Of a stretch of 64,000 nucleotides of DNA, positions 37,932-48,096 are shown piece by piece. The first letter of the stretch is position 1; the number at the start of each line of letters is the position of its first letter. The translations under genes were made by a program, and so were the position numbers. The notes under the pieces were generated by a model. That model did not search any database, was not told where the DNA came from, and was given only the letters and a program-made list of their open reading frames with translations. The DNA is from Terriglobia bacterium (GTDB lineage Bacteria; Acidobacteriota; Terriglobia; Bryobacterales; Bryobacteraceae). The stretch lies in NCBI GenBank assembly GCA_963845785.1, contig CAWJTK010000014.1, positions 100-64,099 of the forward strand, read 5' to 3'.

Positions 37932-39050
37932 GTGGAGGCTTCCTTGAAATACCTCGTCGCATCGCTTGTGTTCGCGGCTTCATCGGCGTTTGCCCAGCAG
38001 ACAGTGCCTGAAATCCCGTTCGAATCGGTTCCGAACCTCCTGAAACTGCCGCCCGATTTGTACCTTGGCGAGGTGTCGGGCGTGGCGGTGAATTCGAAGG
38101 GGCACATTTTCGTGTTTTCGCGGGGAAATACGACGGGCCCGGCGTATGCCGCGGCGGCGGCGCAATTGCTGGAGTTCGGGGCGGATGGAAAGTACATCCG
38201 GGAGATCGGAAAAAATCTCTACGCCTGGTCGTTCGCCCACGCGATCCGAGTGGATAAGGACGATAACATCTGGGCGGTCGACAAGGGCTCGGACATGATG
38301 ATCCGGTTCAATCCGGAGGGGCGTGTGACGATGGTTTTCGGACGCAAGAAGGAAGCTTCCGATGAAGGCGCAGAGGCGTGGAAGCATCCGCGGCCTCCGC
38401 TCCCGGCGGTCGACGGGCAGTTCCGCCAGCCGACCGACGTGGCATGGGATACCGAGGGAGACATTTTCTTCAGCGACGGTTATATCAACTCGCGCGTGGC
38501 CAAGTATGACAAGAACGGCCGCTGGGTGAAGTCGTGGGGAACGCCAGGCTCGGGACCCGGCCAGTTTAATACGCCGCACAGCATTGCCAACGATGCTAAG
38601 GGCAACATCTACGTCGCGGACCGCGGAAATCGCCGCATTCAGGTCTTCGATCCGGGTGGAGGCTTTCTACGCGAGATCAAGATCGACGTTCCCGTGCCGG
38701 CCGACGCCCAGGTCTGGATGGGCGCCAAACCCGCGCAGGGCGAGGGGTTGCCCGGCACGATGCAGAGCGGCGCCCCCTGGGCGGTATGCATTACCCCGGG
38801 ACCGGGAACGCAGTATTTATATGCTTCGGATGCCTTTCCCGGGAGAGTTTACAAGTTATCGCTGGATGGCAAGGTGTTGGGCATGCTCGGGAGCACCGGG
38901 CGTCAGATGAAGGAATTTGGCTGGATCCACGAGATTGCGTGTCCGTCGGAGAATACGATTTTCGTCGCGGAGCTTTTGAACTGGCGGGTGCAGAAGCTGC
39001 TGCTGCATCCAGGGAAGTCTCAAGTGCAAACGTCGGCGGCTAAACGCTAG
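37932..39050 (+). CDS. Secreted NHL-repeat six-bladed beta-propeller protein (peptidylglycine amidating-lyase-like)
   Basis: It has the signal peptide LVASLVFAASSAFAQQ (GTG start) and NHL-type repeats such as FNTPHSIANDAKGNIYVADRGNRRIQVFD. Confidence 0.78.
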   Translation: MEASLKYLVASLVFAASSAFAQQTVPEIPFESVPNLLKLPPDLYLGEVSGVAVNSKGHIFVFSRGNTTGPAYAAAAAQLLEFGADGKYIREIGKNLYAWSFAHAIRVDKDDNIWAVDKGSDMMIRFNPEGRVTMVFGRKKEASDEGAEAWKHPRPPLPAVDGQFRQPTDVAWDTEGDIFFSDGYINSRVAKYDKNGRWVKSWGTPGSGPGQFNTPHSIANDAKGNIYVADRGNRRIQVFDPGGGFLREIKIDVPVPADAQVWMGAKPAQGEGLPGTMQSGAPWAVCITPGPGTQYLYASDAFPGRVYKLSLDGKVLGMLGSTGRQMKEFGWIHEIACPSENTIFVAELLNWRVQKLLLHPGKSQVQTSAAKR

Positions 39051-39066
39051 GGCACCGTCACCGGTC

Positions 39067-39765
39067 TCACAAGATCGTTACTTTGCCTGTGGCGATCTCA
39101 TACATGCCCGCTACGACCTTGATCTTGTTTTCTTTCACCATCGGCGCGATAACGGTCGACGATTCGCGGAGCAGTCGCGCCTGAATTTGAGCGTTCGCCT
39201 TTGTCGTCGCCGTCAGATCGTGGCCGCCCTGATCGACCGCGAGTTGAAGGTGCGGAAACAGGGAGCTGATCTGGCCCGGTACTTCTTTTCCTTGAAGAGC
39301 CGCTTTAACCGCTCCGCATCCCGTGTGACCAAGCACGAGGATGACTTTCGTCCCGAGTACGGCGGCGCCATATTCGAGGCTGGCAATAACCTCGGAGGTG
39401 GCGACGTTCCCGGCCACACGTGTAACGAAAATGTGACCGATCGTCTGATCGAACGCGACCTCGATGGGCACTCGCGAGTCCGCGCATGACAGTACCGCGG
39501 CAAAGGGCTCCTGTTTTTCCGCGTTGTGTTCTCGCAGGATCTGAAGATCGTGTTCGAAACTCGTCATTTTAGTGGAAACGAATCGCTCGTTTCCATCCAT
39601 CAACTGCTTGAGCGCCGCATCCGGAGTAAGCTGGCTTTGCGCTTTGAGATGGGGTTGCGTCAGAATCAAGTCCGCCATGGCGGCCGTGGCGCACCAGTAT
39701 GCCGCTCTTTCAAGAACCCGGCGGCGCGAGTAAGTTTGTGAGGTCGATGAGTCGGGCGATTTCAT
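39067..39765 (-). CDS. Beta-class carbonic anhydrase with Tat signal
   Basis: The ATG at 39765 gives MKSPDSSTSQTYSRRRVLERAAYWCATAAMA. The zinc ligand context is SCADSRVP...VLGHTGCGAV. Confidence 0.88.
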   Translation of the reverse strand: MKSPDSSTSQTYSRRRVLERAAYWCATAAMADLILTQPHLKAQSQLTPDAALKQLMDGNERFVSTKMTSFEHDLQILREHNAEKQEPFAAVLSCADSRVPIEVAFDQTIGHIFVTRVAGNVATSEVIASLEYGAAVLGTKVILVLGHTGCGAVKAALQGKEVPGQISSLFPHLQLAVDQGGHDLTATTKANAQIQARLLRESSTVIAPMVKENKIKVVAGMYEIATGKVTIL

Positions 39766-39876
39766 TTGCTGATCCTTTTCAAGGAGATTATGGCTCAAGT
39801 ATCTGCTAATGCAGTGCCAAAGATGCTCCACAGAAGCTGTTCGATTCAGATAACTCCCACCCTTACTTCGGCGCTC

Positions 39877-41073
39877 ATGAAGATTACAAGGATGAGACGG
39901 GGCCTCAGGTGCGTGTGCGCTTTATGGGCGCTCTTTTTTGCGGGTTCGCCTGTATTGGCTCAACTGCCGCCCTCAGGAACTTTGTCTGAAGCCGATCGGT
40001 CGTCGTTTCACGCTGAGGTCGGCCGAATCGAAAAACTGTTGCCTTCCGCTCCAGACAGAGCGACGGTTACCTATCAGATGGCCCGCACCTGGGCGTCGGC
40101 AAAACAGTGGCCGGGAACGATGGAATGGCTTCGAAAAGTCGCCGCATTAAAGGCGGGACTCGATCCCTCTCGTGATTTAATCTTTGCCGACCTGCGTGAC
40201 ACGCAGGAATTTCGCGAGATTCTCACCGCTGTGCGCGAGGCGACACCTGCGGTTTCGACCAGTCGCGCCGCCTTCGTGGTCAATGAAGGCGATCTTGTCC
40301 CCGAAAGCGTTGCGTATGACTCGAACGGTAGGAACTTCTACTTTGGGAGTATGAAAAAGGGGAAGGTAGTCAGGTGTTCGGGGGCAGGGAAGTGCACGCA
40401 ATTCGCGAGCGGGCTTGGGGTCGTCCTCGGGCTCAAAGTACGCAACGACGGGCTCTGGCTCCTGAACAACGCAGATCAGGATTCCGCGCTGATTCATTAC
40501 GACCTTGCTTCGGGCCGCGCGATTCGCAGCTATCACGTCGCTGGCAAGGGCCACAACTTCAATGACCTGGCCTTTGCATCGAGCGGCGAAATCTATCTCA
40601 CCGATACTCCTGCCGGAGCAATCTGGTACCTCGCGAATAACACGTCGGAACTTGTAAGACTTCCCGGACGATTCGCGTCAGCGAACGGAATTGCGCTCTC
40701 ATCAGACGCCAGGTTGTTGTATGTTTCAACCTTTCCCGACGGGATCAGCGTGCTGGATCTCAAAACTCGCGTGGCCAAACCGCTTCTGCATTCTGAAGAA
40801 CTGTGCCTCGCGACGATTGATGGTCTCTATTTCCATAATGGCGCGCTGATCGCGATACAGAATGGCTTCATGACCCCGCGAGTCGTCCGATTCGTCTTGA
40901 CCCGCGACTTGCAGGCGGTCGATCGCTTTCAGGTTCTCGAACGCCGCAATCCTTTGTTCGAAGGGATCACGACAGGTGTGGTGGCGAAGGGTGAGTTCTT
41001 CTATATGGCGAACATTCAGGATGACAAGACGACACGGTTTAATCCGATCATGATTTTGAAGCTGCGACTATAA
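39877..41073 (+). CDS. Secreted beta-propeller protein (SMP-30/strictosidine-synthase-like) with helical N-domain
   Basis: The ATG at 39877 gives the signal peptide MKITRMRRGLRCVCALWALFFAGSPVLAQ. The C-terminal region has propeller-like repeats (GEIYLTD, ANGIALS, LLYVS). Confidence 0.6.
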   Translation: MKITRMRRGLRCVCALWALFFAGSPVLAQLPPSGTLSEADRSSFHAEVGRIEKLLPSAPDRATVTYQMARTWASAKQWPGTMEWLRKVAALKAGLDPSRDLIFADLRDTQEFREILTAVREATPAVSTSRAAFVVNEGDLVPESVAYDSNGRNFYFGSMKKGKVVRCSGAGKCTQFASGLGVVLGLKVRNDGLWLLNNADQDSALIHYDLASGRAIRSYHVAGKGHNFNDLAFASSGEIYLTDTPAGAIWYLANNTSELVRLPGRFASANGIALSSDARLLYVSTFPDGISVLDLKTRVAKPLLHSEELCLATIDGLYFHNGALIAIQNGFMTPRVVRFVLTRDLQAVDRFQVLERRNPLFEGITTGVVAKGEFFYMANIQDDKTTRFNPIMILKLRL

Positions 41074-41715
41074 TCCGTTCTCAACCATCTGAAGAAGCCT
41101 TTCAGAAAGTTTTTGAACCTCCCTCTCCGGGGTTCCGCTTAGCGGCCCTTCCAGAATGAGAAACGCCAGACCATGCACGGCCGACCAGGCAACATACTCC
41201 GCTCCGGGCCGCCTCTCGGACGGGAGAACGCCGGCCGCCACCATTTTGTCTAAAGCCGATGATAGAAGCTCAAAGGGATTCAGGCCGCTCTCGCCCTTTT
41301 TCGCATCATCGAAATCGCCTTCGACCGCGTCTTGCACCGAGAACGCTGTCCGGAACAGTCCAGGCTCCGCGAGAGCAAATTTCAGATAACCGGTTCCCAC
41401 CGCGCGAAGAGCCGCCCTGGCGGCGTCTGCGGGGCGTTTACTTCGCGCCGCTCCCGCAAGTTCGGCCTCGATCGCATGTGCAAGCGACGAGAGCGCCGCG
41501 GCTCTGACCGCTTGCAGAAGGTCGGCATGGCTCGAAAAGTGCCGGTACGCGGCGTTCGGAGCGACTCCCGCCCGGCGCGTCGCCTCCCGGAGGACCACGG
41601 CGCTCGGGCCGCCGTCGCGCGCCAGTTCGATGCCCGCCTGCAAAAGCGCGCGGCGGAGATCTCCGTGGCGAAAAGTCTTTCGTTTCGCAATGTGATTTTT
41701 TTTGCCAACGCTCAT
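41068..41715 (-). CDS. TetR/AcrR family transcriptional regulator
   Basis: The ATG at 41715 gives MSVGKKNHIAKRKTFRHGDLRRALLQAGIELARDGGPSAVVLREATRRAGVAPNAAYRHF, a TetR HTH. Confidence 0.88.
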   Translation of the reverse strand: MSVGKKNHIAKRKTFRHGDLRRALLQAGIELARDGGPSAVVLREATRRAGVAPNAAYRHFSSHADLLQAVRAAALSSLAHAIEAELAGAARSKRPADAARAALRAVGTGYLKFALAEPGLFRTAFSVQDAVEGDFDDAKKGESGLNPFELLSSALDKMVAAGVLPSERRPGAEYVAWSAVHGLAFLILEGPLSGTPEREVQKLSERLLQMVENGL

Positions 41716-41774
41716 GACACCCTTGTGGACAGTGTACATTTTCTGTGATAAGTTATTGTGGACGGTGTACACAT

Positions 41775-42569
41775 ATGCAAAACGCATTCGATACAAATAC
41801 AACGCCTTCGGACTTTGTCTGGTACGAACTTCATACTCCCGATGCGGCATCGGCGGCGACTTTCTATCAGGGCGTCCTCGGCTGGGGAGCGCAGGACTCG
41901 GGCCAGAAGGACCGGAAATATACCCTGGTCACCGTAAGTAACCTTCCCATTGGCGGCCTCCTCGAAAAGCCGGCGTCCAGCTTCACCAATGGTGCAAAGC
42001 CCGGCTGGATGGGCTATATCGGAGTCGCCGATGTCGACGCCGAGGTAAAGCGTCTCAAGGAGGCGGGGGGTGTCGTTCATCGGCCGGTCGAGGTCATCCC
42101 TGGTATCGGCAGCTTCGCCGTGGTTGCGGATCCCCAGGGTGCGATCTTTACCCTCTTTCAACCGCCGGAGAAAAATCAGCAACAACAGAAGCCGGCGCCT
42201 GGCACGCCCGGCTCAGCCGCATGGCACGACCTTGCCGCCATTGACTGGGAGAGCGACTTCGCTTTTTATTCGGGTATGTTCGGCTGGACTAAAGCCGATG
42301 CGATGCCGATGGGATCCGCCGGCGTTTATCAAATCTTTGCCACGCGCGGCGTGCCAATCGGAGGCATGATGACGCGGATGGACGCTTCCCAGAGCCCCGG
42401 CTGGCTTTATTACTTCAATGTCGAAAATATCGGAGCGGCGGTGGCTCGAGCCACGCAGCACGGAGGAACAATCACACACGGTCCGTCCGAAGTTCCCGGC
42501 GGCCAGCAAATCGCGCACTGCCTTGACACGCAGGGCGCAGCCTTCGGAATGGTGGGACCGGCGAAATGA
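41775..42569 (+). CDS. VOC (glyoxalase/bleomycin-resistance) family protein, two-domain
   Basis: FVWYELHTPDAASAATFYQGVLGW and a second half AAWHDLAAIDWESDFAFYSGMFGW. It is divergent from the TetR gene. Confidence 0.8.
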   Translation: MQNAFDTNTTPSDFVWYELHTPDAASAATFYQGVLGWGAQDSGQKDRKYTLVTVSNLPIGGLLEKPASSFTNGAKPGWMGYIGVADVDAEVKRLKEAGGVVHRPVEVIPGIGSFAVVADPQGAIFTLFQPPEKNQQQQKPAPGTPGSAAWHDLAAIDWESDFAFYSGMFGWTKADAMPMGSAGVYQIFATRGVPIGGMMTRMDASQSPGWLYYFNVENIGAAVARATQHGGTITHGPSEVPGGQQIAHCLDTQGAAFGMVGPAK

Positions 42570-43033
42570 GTGCTCTCGAGAACTTTCCCCGAATCACACC
42601 CTTCCTCTGGTTCGACTCAAACGCGGAAGAAGCCGTAGATTTCTACATCGGCGTTTTCAGGAATTCGCGGCGTCTGGACGAACTGGTCACTCCCGTGGAC
42701 GCGACCGTTCCCAAAGGCAAAGTGATTACCATTTCCTTCGAACTGGATGGTCAAAAATTCACCGCCCTCAACGGCGGTCCGAATTTCAAATTTAACGAAG
42801 CGATTTCGATGGTGGTGCGCTGCGATTCCCAGGAAGAGGTGGATTATTACTGGACAAAGCTCTCAGCAGGCGGCGCCGAAAGTCAGTGCGGATGGTTGAA
42901 AGACAAATTCGGGCTCTCATGGCAGATCACACCTGCCCGGATATCTGAGCTCGTCAGACACCCAAAAGCGATGCAGGCGATGATGAAGATGCGAAAACTC
43001 GATATCGCGGAGCTGGAGCGCGCGGCGAGGTAA
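42566..43033 (+). CDS. VOC family protein, PhnB/3-demethylubiquinone-9 3-methyltransferase-domain type
   Basis: It carries ITPFLWFDSNAEEAVDFYIGVFRNSR...FTALNGGPNFKFNEAISMVV...CGWLKDKFGLSWQI. It has a 4-nt start/stop overlap with the upstream gene. Confidence 0.82.
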   Translation: MSALENFPRITPFLWFDSNAEEAVDFYIGVFRNSRRLDELVTPVDATVPKGKVITISFELDGQKFTALNGGPNFKFNEAISMVVRCDSQEEVDYYWTKLSAGGAESQCGWLKDKFGLSWQITPARISELVRHPKAMQAMMKMRKLDIAELERAAR

Positions 43034-43051
43034 TAGCGTCCGCGGGATCTT

Positions 43052-43504
43052 ATGAAGAATCTGTTCGATTCAAAGGCAGCAGACGAGATCCGGACAAGGC
43101 TGGCAACGCTTGGCCCACGCAATGAGCGGCAATGGGGCAAGATGACCGTGGCTCAGGCGATAGCGCATTGTTCCGCGGGTTTGGAGACGGCGTCGGGGGA
43201 CAAAGTGCCTCCGCGCGCTTTTCCGGGGCACGTGATCGGGCGTATCGTGAAGCGAATGGCGCTGCGGGACGATAAGCCGATGTGGCGGAATTCGCCGACC
43301 GCGAAGGAACTGATTATCGAGGATGAACGCGATCTCGCATTGGAGCGGGAACGCCTCGGGACATTAATCGATCGGTTTGCGGCTGCCGGTCCCAGGGGTT
43401 GCACTACGCATCCCCACAGCTTCTTCGGGCGATTGACGCCGGACGAGTGGGCGATATTGATGTACAAGCATCTGGATCATCATCTGCGGCAGTTTGGCGC
43501 GTAA
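43052..43504 (+). CDS. DUF1569 domain protein
   Basis: It carries RQWGKMTVAQAIAHCS...HPHSFFGRLTPDEWAILMYKHLDHHLRQFG. Confidence 0.8.
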   Translation: MKNLFDSKAADEIRTRLATLGPRNERQWGKMTVAQAIAHCSAGLETASGDKVPPRAFPGHVIGRIVKRMALRDDKPMWRNSPTAKELIIEDERDLALERERLGTLIDRFAAAGPRGCTTHPHSFFGRLTPDEWAILMYKHLDHHLRQFGA

Positions 43505-43505
43505 T

Positions 43506-44720
43506 ATGGCAAATCTTTCAAAGCCGGGTATTGAGCGCATGCATCGGGTCTTGTCGGGGCATATCCAGAGCGGGGAAGCTTCCAGGCCTCGTCGCGCTGG
43601 TGAGCCATCGCGATGACGTTCACGTGGAAGCGCTCGGCGCCATGTCATTCCCGAGCGAGTCGTGTATGAGCCCGCCTCCCATGAAACGTGATTCGATCTT
43701 TCGCATCGCTTCGATCACAAAGATCGTCACTGCCGTTGCGGCGATGATCCTGGTTGAGGACTGCAACCTGCGGCTTGACGATCCCATCGACCCGTGGCTG
43801 CCGGAACTTGCGAATCGCCGCGTGCTCAAATCCCTTTCGTCGGAGATCGACGACACCGTTCCTGCATCGCGGGCCATCACGGTTCGCGATCTGCTGACGT
43901 ACCGGATGGGCTTCGGAAGCGTGATGGCGCCCCCAGGCATCTGGCCCATTCAGAAACTGATTCGCGAGTATCACATCGGCGGCGACAGTCCGATGTTGCC
44001 GTCGCAGGCGCCAGCCATGGACGAATGGCTGCGCAGGTTGGGATCGCTGCCGCTGCTGGCGCAACCGGGCGAGCGGTGGATGTATCACGTAAGCGGCGAC
44101 GTGTTGGGCGCACTGATCGCGCGAGTCCCCGGGCAATCTCTCGGAGCATTCATGCGCGAGCGCATCTTCGAGCCGCTTGGCATGAAGGACGCCGCGTTCC
44201 ATGTTCCTCCCGAGAAAATCGATCGCCTGCCTGCGCTTTACTTTTTCAATCGTGAGACGAACAAGCTGGACCTCTTTGAAGACCCCGCAAACAGCGACTG
44301 GCTTCCGAGCCGCCTTTTGAGTCCGGCGGAGGCGGCCTTGTTTCGACGGTCGACGACTACTTTGCCTTCAGCCGTATGATGCTGGACAAGGGCCGATACG
44401 GCCGTGAGCAGATTCTCTCTCGGGCGACAGTTGAACTCATGACGTCGGATCAACTCACCTCTCAGCAGCGGGTGGGTTCAGAAATCTTCTTCGGCACCCA
44501 TTCCAGTTGGGGGTTGGGAATGGCCGTGGATGTCGGGCGCGGTGAAATTTTCCAGACCCCGGGCCGGTATGGCTGGACGGGCGGCTTCGGCACAACTGCC
44601 TATGTCGATCCCGCGAAAGAATTAATCGGCATCCTCTTTACCCAGCGCATGATGGATTCACCGCAGCCGCCGAAGGTATTCGGCGACTTCTGGACCCTGG
44701 CGTACGCCGCAATAACGTGA
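43506..44720 (+). pseudogene. Beta-lactamase-family serine hydrolase, paralog 1, with two frameshifts
   Basis: The pieces are MANLSKPGIERMHRVLSGHIQSG | KLPGLVALVSHRDDVHVEALG...FRIASITK (SxxK)...DPANSDW | ASEPPFESGGGGLVSTVDDYFAFSRMMLDKG... The joins are at 43572-43578 (+1 in a G run) and 44300-44301 (-1 in a G run). Confidence 0.82.
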
Positions 44721-44899
44721 CGCAACGCATCATTTCGCCCCACGTCGCGTGTCAACTCCCCGCAAGAACTAAACCCCGTCCAAGGATGGCCATACACCTG
44801 TGATACCGCGCGCCGGAGGTTTTGCGTCCTGGAGACGTTTCCCCTATCGCCGCAGTCACGACCCTTTCATGCCAGATCACCGTAGCTTTCGATATCCAG

Positions 44900-45503
44900 G
44901 ACGCTGCTGATGTTTCTCGCGGGATGTCACCTTGTGACTGCTCAGTTGGCGCTCACGCCCGCTCCCCACGGCCCATTTTTTACGATTGAGGGAAACGGGG
45001 TCCTTGACGCGGCGGGAATCCCACGCCCATCCGGGGTATGCAACTCGCCGAATTGACCAGCAGTTCGGCCCCCTAATCCGCCACAGCGCTCGTTACCATT
45101 CGCCAGCGCCTCAATATGAACGCGGTCCGGCTGTCGCTAAATGCGCGCGAATATGGCGAAAACGCCACCTATCGAACCAATGCCCGCCGCCTCATTCGCA
45201 ACGCCGGCGAATTTGACCTCGCGGTTATCGTCGAAGCGGATTCCAGCGCTACAGCGGAGTTCTGGAAACAGTTCGCCGCCGAATATAAAATCCACCCGGC
45301 GTCTTTTTCGCCCCTGTCCGCAAAAAGAGAAGCTTATGCGCGGATTTCACCTCACCCCGCAGAACCGTCCCGATCTGACGGCCTTTCTTCGAAGCCTCAC
45401 CGATGAGCCGCCAATCCGCAATCCCGCCTTTTCCAATCCATGGCAACAAGCATCGGCCGGCTCGGACAGGCCGTATGGCATCATCACAGCTTTAACACTC
45501 TGA
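44900..45503 (+). pseudogene. Multi-frame coding remnant; its end resembles the C-terminus of di-haem cytochrome c peroxidase-family proteins (tentative)
   Basis: Three overlapping + strand ORFs in different frames (44986, 45116, 45141). The last ends ...LTPQNRPDLTAFLRSLTDEPPIRNPAFSNPW. A lipoprotein-like MFLAGC start lies at about 44909. No intact frame exists. Confidence 0.25.
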
Positions 45504-45558
45504 TTTGCGCCTCCCGGCAAGAGTGAAGACAAGTACAAAAGGAGAAAACAGCGGAATC

Positions 45559-46797
45559 ATGGCAGGTCTTACCAAATCGCGCCTGGAGCAAATGCGTTGG
45601 GTGTTGTCGGGGTACGTCGAACGCAAGGATCTGCCGGGGCTGGTTGCGTTAGTGAGCCACCATGACGAGGTCCATGTGGAGGCGCTCGGAACCATGTCAT
45701 TTACGAAGACGACCGCGGGCGCTCCGGCGCCCATGAAGCCCGGCGCCCCCGCGCCTATGAAGGCGGATACCATCTTCCGCATCGCCTCGCTCACGAAACC
45801 CATCGCCGCGGTTGCCGCGATGATTCTCATTGAAGAGTGCAAGCTGCGGCTCGACGATCCGATCGACCCCTGGCTGCCGGAACTCGCAAACCGCCGCGTG
45901 CTCAAATCCCTTTCCTCCGATCTCGATGACACCGTCGAGGCCGTGCGCGCTATTACCGTTCGGGACCTTCTGACCTACCGCATGGGATTCGGCAGTGTGA
46001 TGGCGAAACCCGATACTTATCCGATCCAGCGATGGATTCGCGACTATCGCCTGGGTGGAGACACTCCGGTTTTACCATGGGAAGCGCCGCCCATTGGTGA
46101 ATGGCTGCGCAATCTCGGCTCACTGCCTTTGCTCGATCAGCCCGGCTCACGATGGAGGTATCACACAAGCGGAGATGTTCTGGGGGCGCTGATCGAGCGC
46201 GTCTCGGGAAGATCGTTCGGCGCCTTCCTGCGCGAGCGCATTTTCGATCCGCTCGCTATGAAGGATACCGGCTTCCATGTTCCACGTGAAGACCTCGACC
46301 GCTTATCCGGACTCTACTTCTTCAATCGCGGCACGAACAAACTGAATATGCTTGACGACGCCTCTGGTAGCGCGTGGGCGTCCAGACCGACATTCGAATC
46401 GGGCGGCGCGGGGCTGGTCTCGACGATAGACGATTACTTCACCTTCAGCCGCATGATGCTTCACAAAGGGCGCCACGGCAGCAAGCAGATCATTTCGAGA
46501 GCAAGCGTCGAACTGATGACATCGGATCATCTGACTCCCGAGCAACGCGCCGGCTCTGAAATTTTCTTCGGCGCGCATTCGAGTTGGGGCTTCGGAGTAG
46601 CGGTCGACATCCGGCGCGCTGAGATCTTCCACACCCCTGGCCGATTTGGCTGGACCGGCAGTTTTGGTACAACCGCCTACACCGACCCCGCGGAAGGAAT
46701 GATCGGGATCCTGTTTACGCAACGCATGATGGATTCGCCTGAGCCCCCCAAAATATTCACCGACTTCTGGACTCTTGCGTACGGCGCGATGGAGTAA
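45559..46797 (+). CDS. Beta-lactamase-family serine hydrolase, paralog 2 (intact)
   Basis: It starts MAGLTKSRLEQMRWVLSGYVERKDLPGLVALVSHHDEVHVEALG and has the FRIASLTK SxxK motif. By eye it is about 75% identical to paralog 1. It contains an imperfect 24-bp tandem duplication (GAPAPMKP/GAPAPMKA, 45718-45765). Confidence 0.85.
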   Translation: MAGLTKSRLEQMRWVLSGYVERKDLPGLVALVSHHDEVHVEALGTMSFTKTTAGAPAPMKPGAPAPMKADTIFRIASLTKPIAAVAAMILIEECKLRLDDPIDPWLPELANRRVLKSLSSDLDDTVEAVRAITVRDLLTYRMGFGSVMAKPDTYPIQRWIRDYRLGGDTPVLPWEAPPIGEWLRNLGSLPLLDQPGSRWRYHTSGDVLGALIERVSGRSFGAFLRERIFDPLAMKDTGFHVPREDLDRLSGLYFFNRGTNKLNMLDDASGSAWASRPTFESGGAGLVSTIDDYFTFSRMMLHKGRHGSKQIISRASVELMTSDHLTPEQRAGSEIFFGAHSSWGFGVAVDIRRAEIFHTPGRFGWTGSFGTTAYTDPAEGMIGILFTQRMMDSPEPPKIFTDFWTLAYGAME

Positions 46798-46886
46798 AGA
46801 CCTGCCATCTGTAGTCGTCCTCCGGATCTTCAGCAAACATTCAGATTCGCATGATACGGTCGCCTCAGGAACCCAATGGAACTCTG

Positions 46887-47888
46887 ATGCGCAAGACTCT
46901 GGGCCTCATCGTCGCAGCCGCGGCATCACTCGCCGCGCAGTCTGCCGGGTCTTACCACGTTACCCATACCTGGAAGCTAGGCGGCGAGGGGAGCTGGGAC
47001 TACGTCGTGCCCGATCCCCCGAATCACCGTTTGTTTATCGCCCGCCAGAATCGCCTGATGGTGATCGACTCGGACAACGGAACATTGCTGGGAGAGGTGA
47101 CCGGCATCAAGGGAGCGCATGGGACTGCCATTGCGCAGAAGACGGGTCACGGCTTCGCGACCTCCGGCAACGATCAGTCCGTCGTCATGTTCGATCTGAA
47201 GACCTTCAAGGCACTCGGCCGGATCCCTGCCGCCGAAGACGCCGACGCTATCGTTTACGATCCCGCGTCGAACCGCGTCTTCACCCTGAACGGCGACGCG
47301 CAGTCGTCGACCGTGATCGATCCGGAGGCCGGCGCTCTCATCACTAACATTCCACTCGGCGGAAAACCCGAATATGGCGCCTCGGCCGGTGACGGTATGG
47401 TGTACGCGAACCTCACCGACACCAGCGAAGTTGTGGAGATCGACGCGAAGAAGGCGACGGTTGTTCGGCGCTGGTCCACCGCCCCGTGCAAACAGCCCGT
47501 ATCCATGGCGGTTGATACCGCTCATCATCGGCTGTTCAGTGGATGCCGAAGCGGCGTGATGGCCGTCTCCGACTATCGCGCGGGCAAGGTGGTCGCGACC
47601 CTTCCGATCGGGACTGGTGTCGACGGCGCGGGGTACGACGCCGCAGCCAGCAACGCTTTTGCTTCGAACGCGAACGGCACCCTGACCGTGATCCATCAGG
47701 ACAGCCCGGATCAATATCATGTCCTCGAAAACGTCCCGACCCCGATGGGATCGCGCAACATGGGTCTCGACCCCACTACGCACCGGATATTCATCGCTTC
47801 GGCAGAGTTCGGACCAGCGCCCGCAGGCGGCCGGGGCAGACCACCGGTGCTGCCTGGAACGTTCGCCGTGATGGTAATCGAAAAGTGA
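46887..47888 (+). CDS. Secreted YncE/YVTN-type beta-propeller repeat protein
   Basis: The ATG at 46887 gives the signal peptide MRKTLGLIVAAAASLAAQSAG. It has repeated propeller blades (NRLFIA, NRVFTLN, HRLFSG, HRIFIAS). Confidence 0.7.
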   Translation: MRKTLGLIVAAAASLAAQSAGSYHVTHTWKLGGEGSWDYVVPDPPNHRLFIARQNRLMVIDSDNGTLLGEVTGIKGAHGTAIAQKTGHGFATSGNDQSVVMFDLKTFKALGRIPAAEDADAIVYDPASNRVFTLNGDAQSSTVIDPEAGALITNIPLGGKPEYGASAGDGMVYANLTDTSEVVEIDAKKATVVRRWSTAPCKQPVSMAVDTAHHRLFSGCRSGVMAVSDYRAGKVVATLPIGTGVDGAGYDAAASNAFASNANGTLTVIHQDSPDQYHVLENVPTPMGSRNMGLDPTTHRIFIASAEFGPAPAGGRGRPPVLPGTFAVMVIEK

Positions 47889-48096
47889 CAACGACAAGCG
47901 ATACACCGACCTTCTGATCACGTTTTGGTATACTTACAGCGGATGGTGTTTCCCCTCCCCGCGCCCGCGCGGCATCACCGCTCTCCGTTTTATCGCCATC
48001 GTTTTGTCTGTCTCCCCCAATCTCCTTCCCAGAACGCCTGATGTTCGCATTTTCCGCAAAGAGGTCGTTTGTTAAATGAGGTCCATCTCCCTTTAA

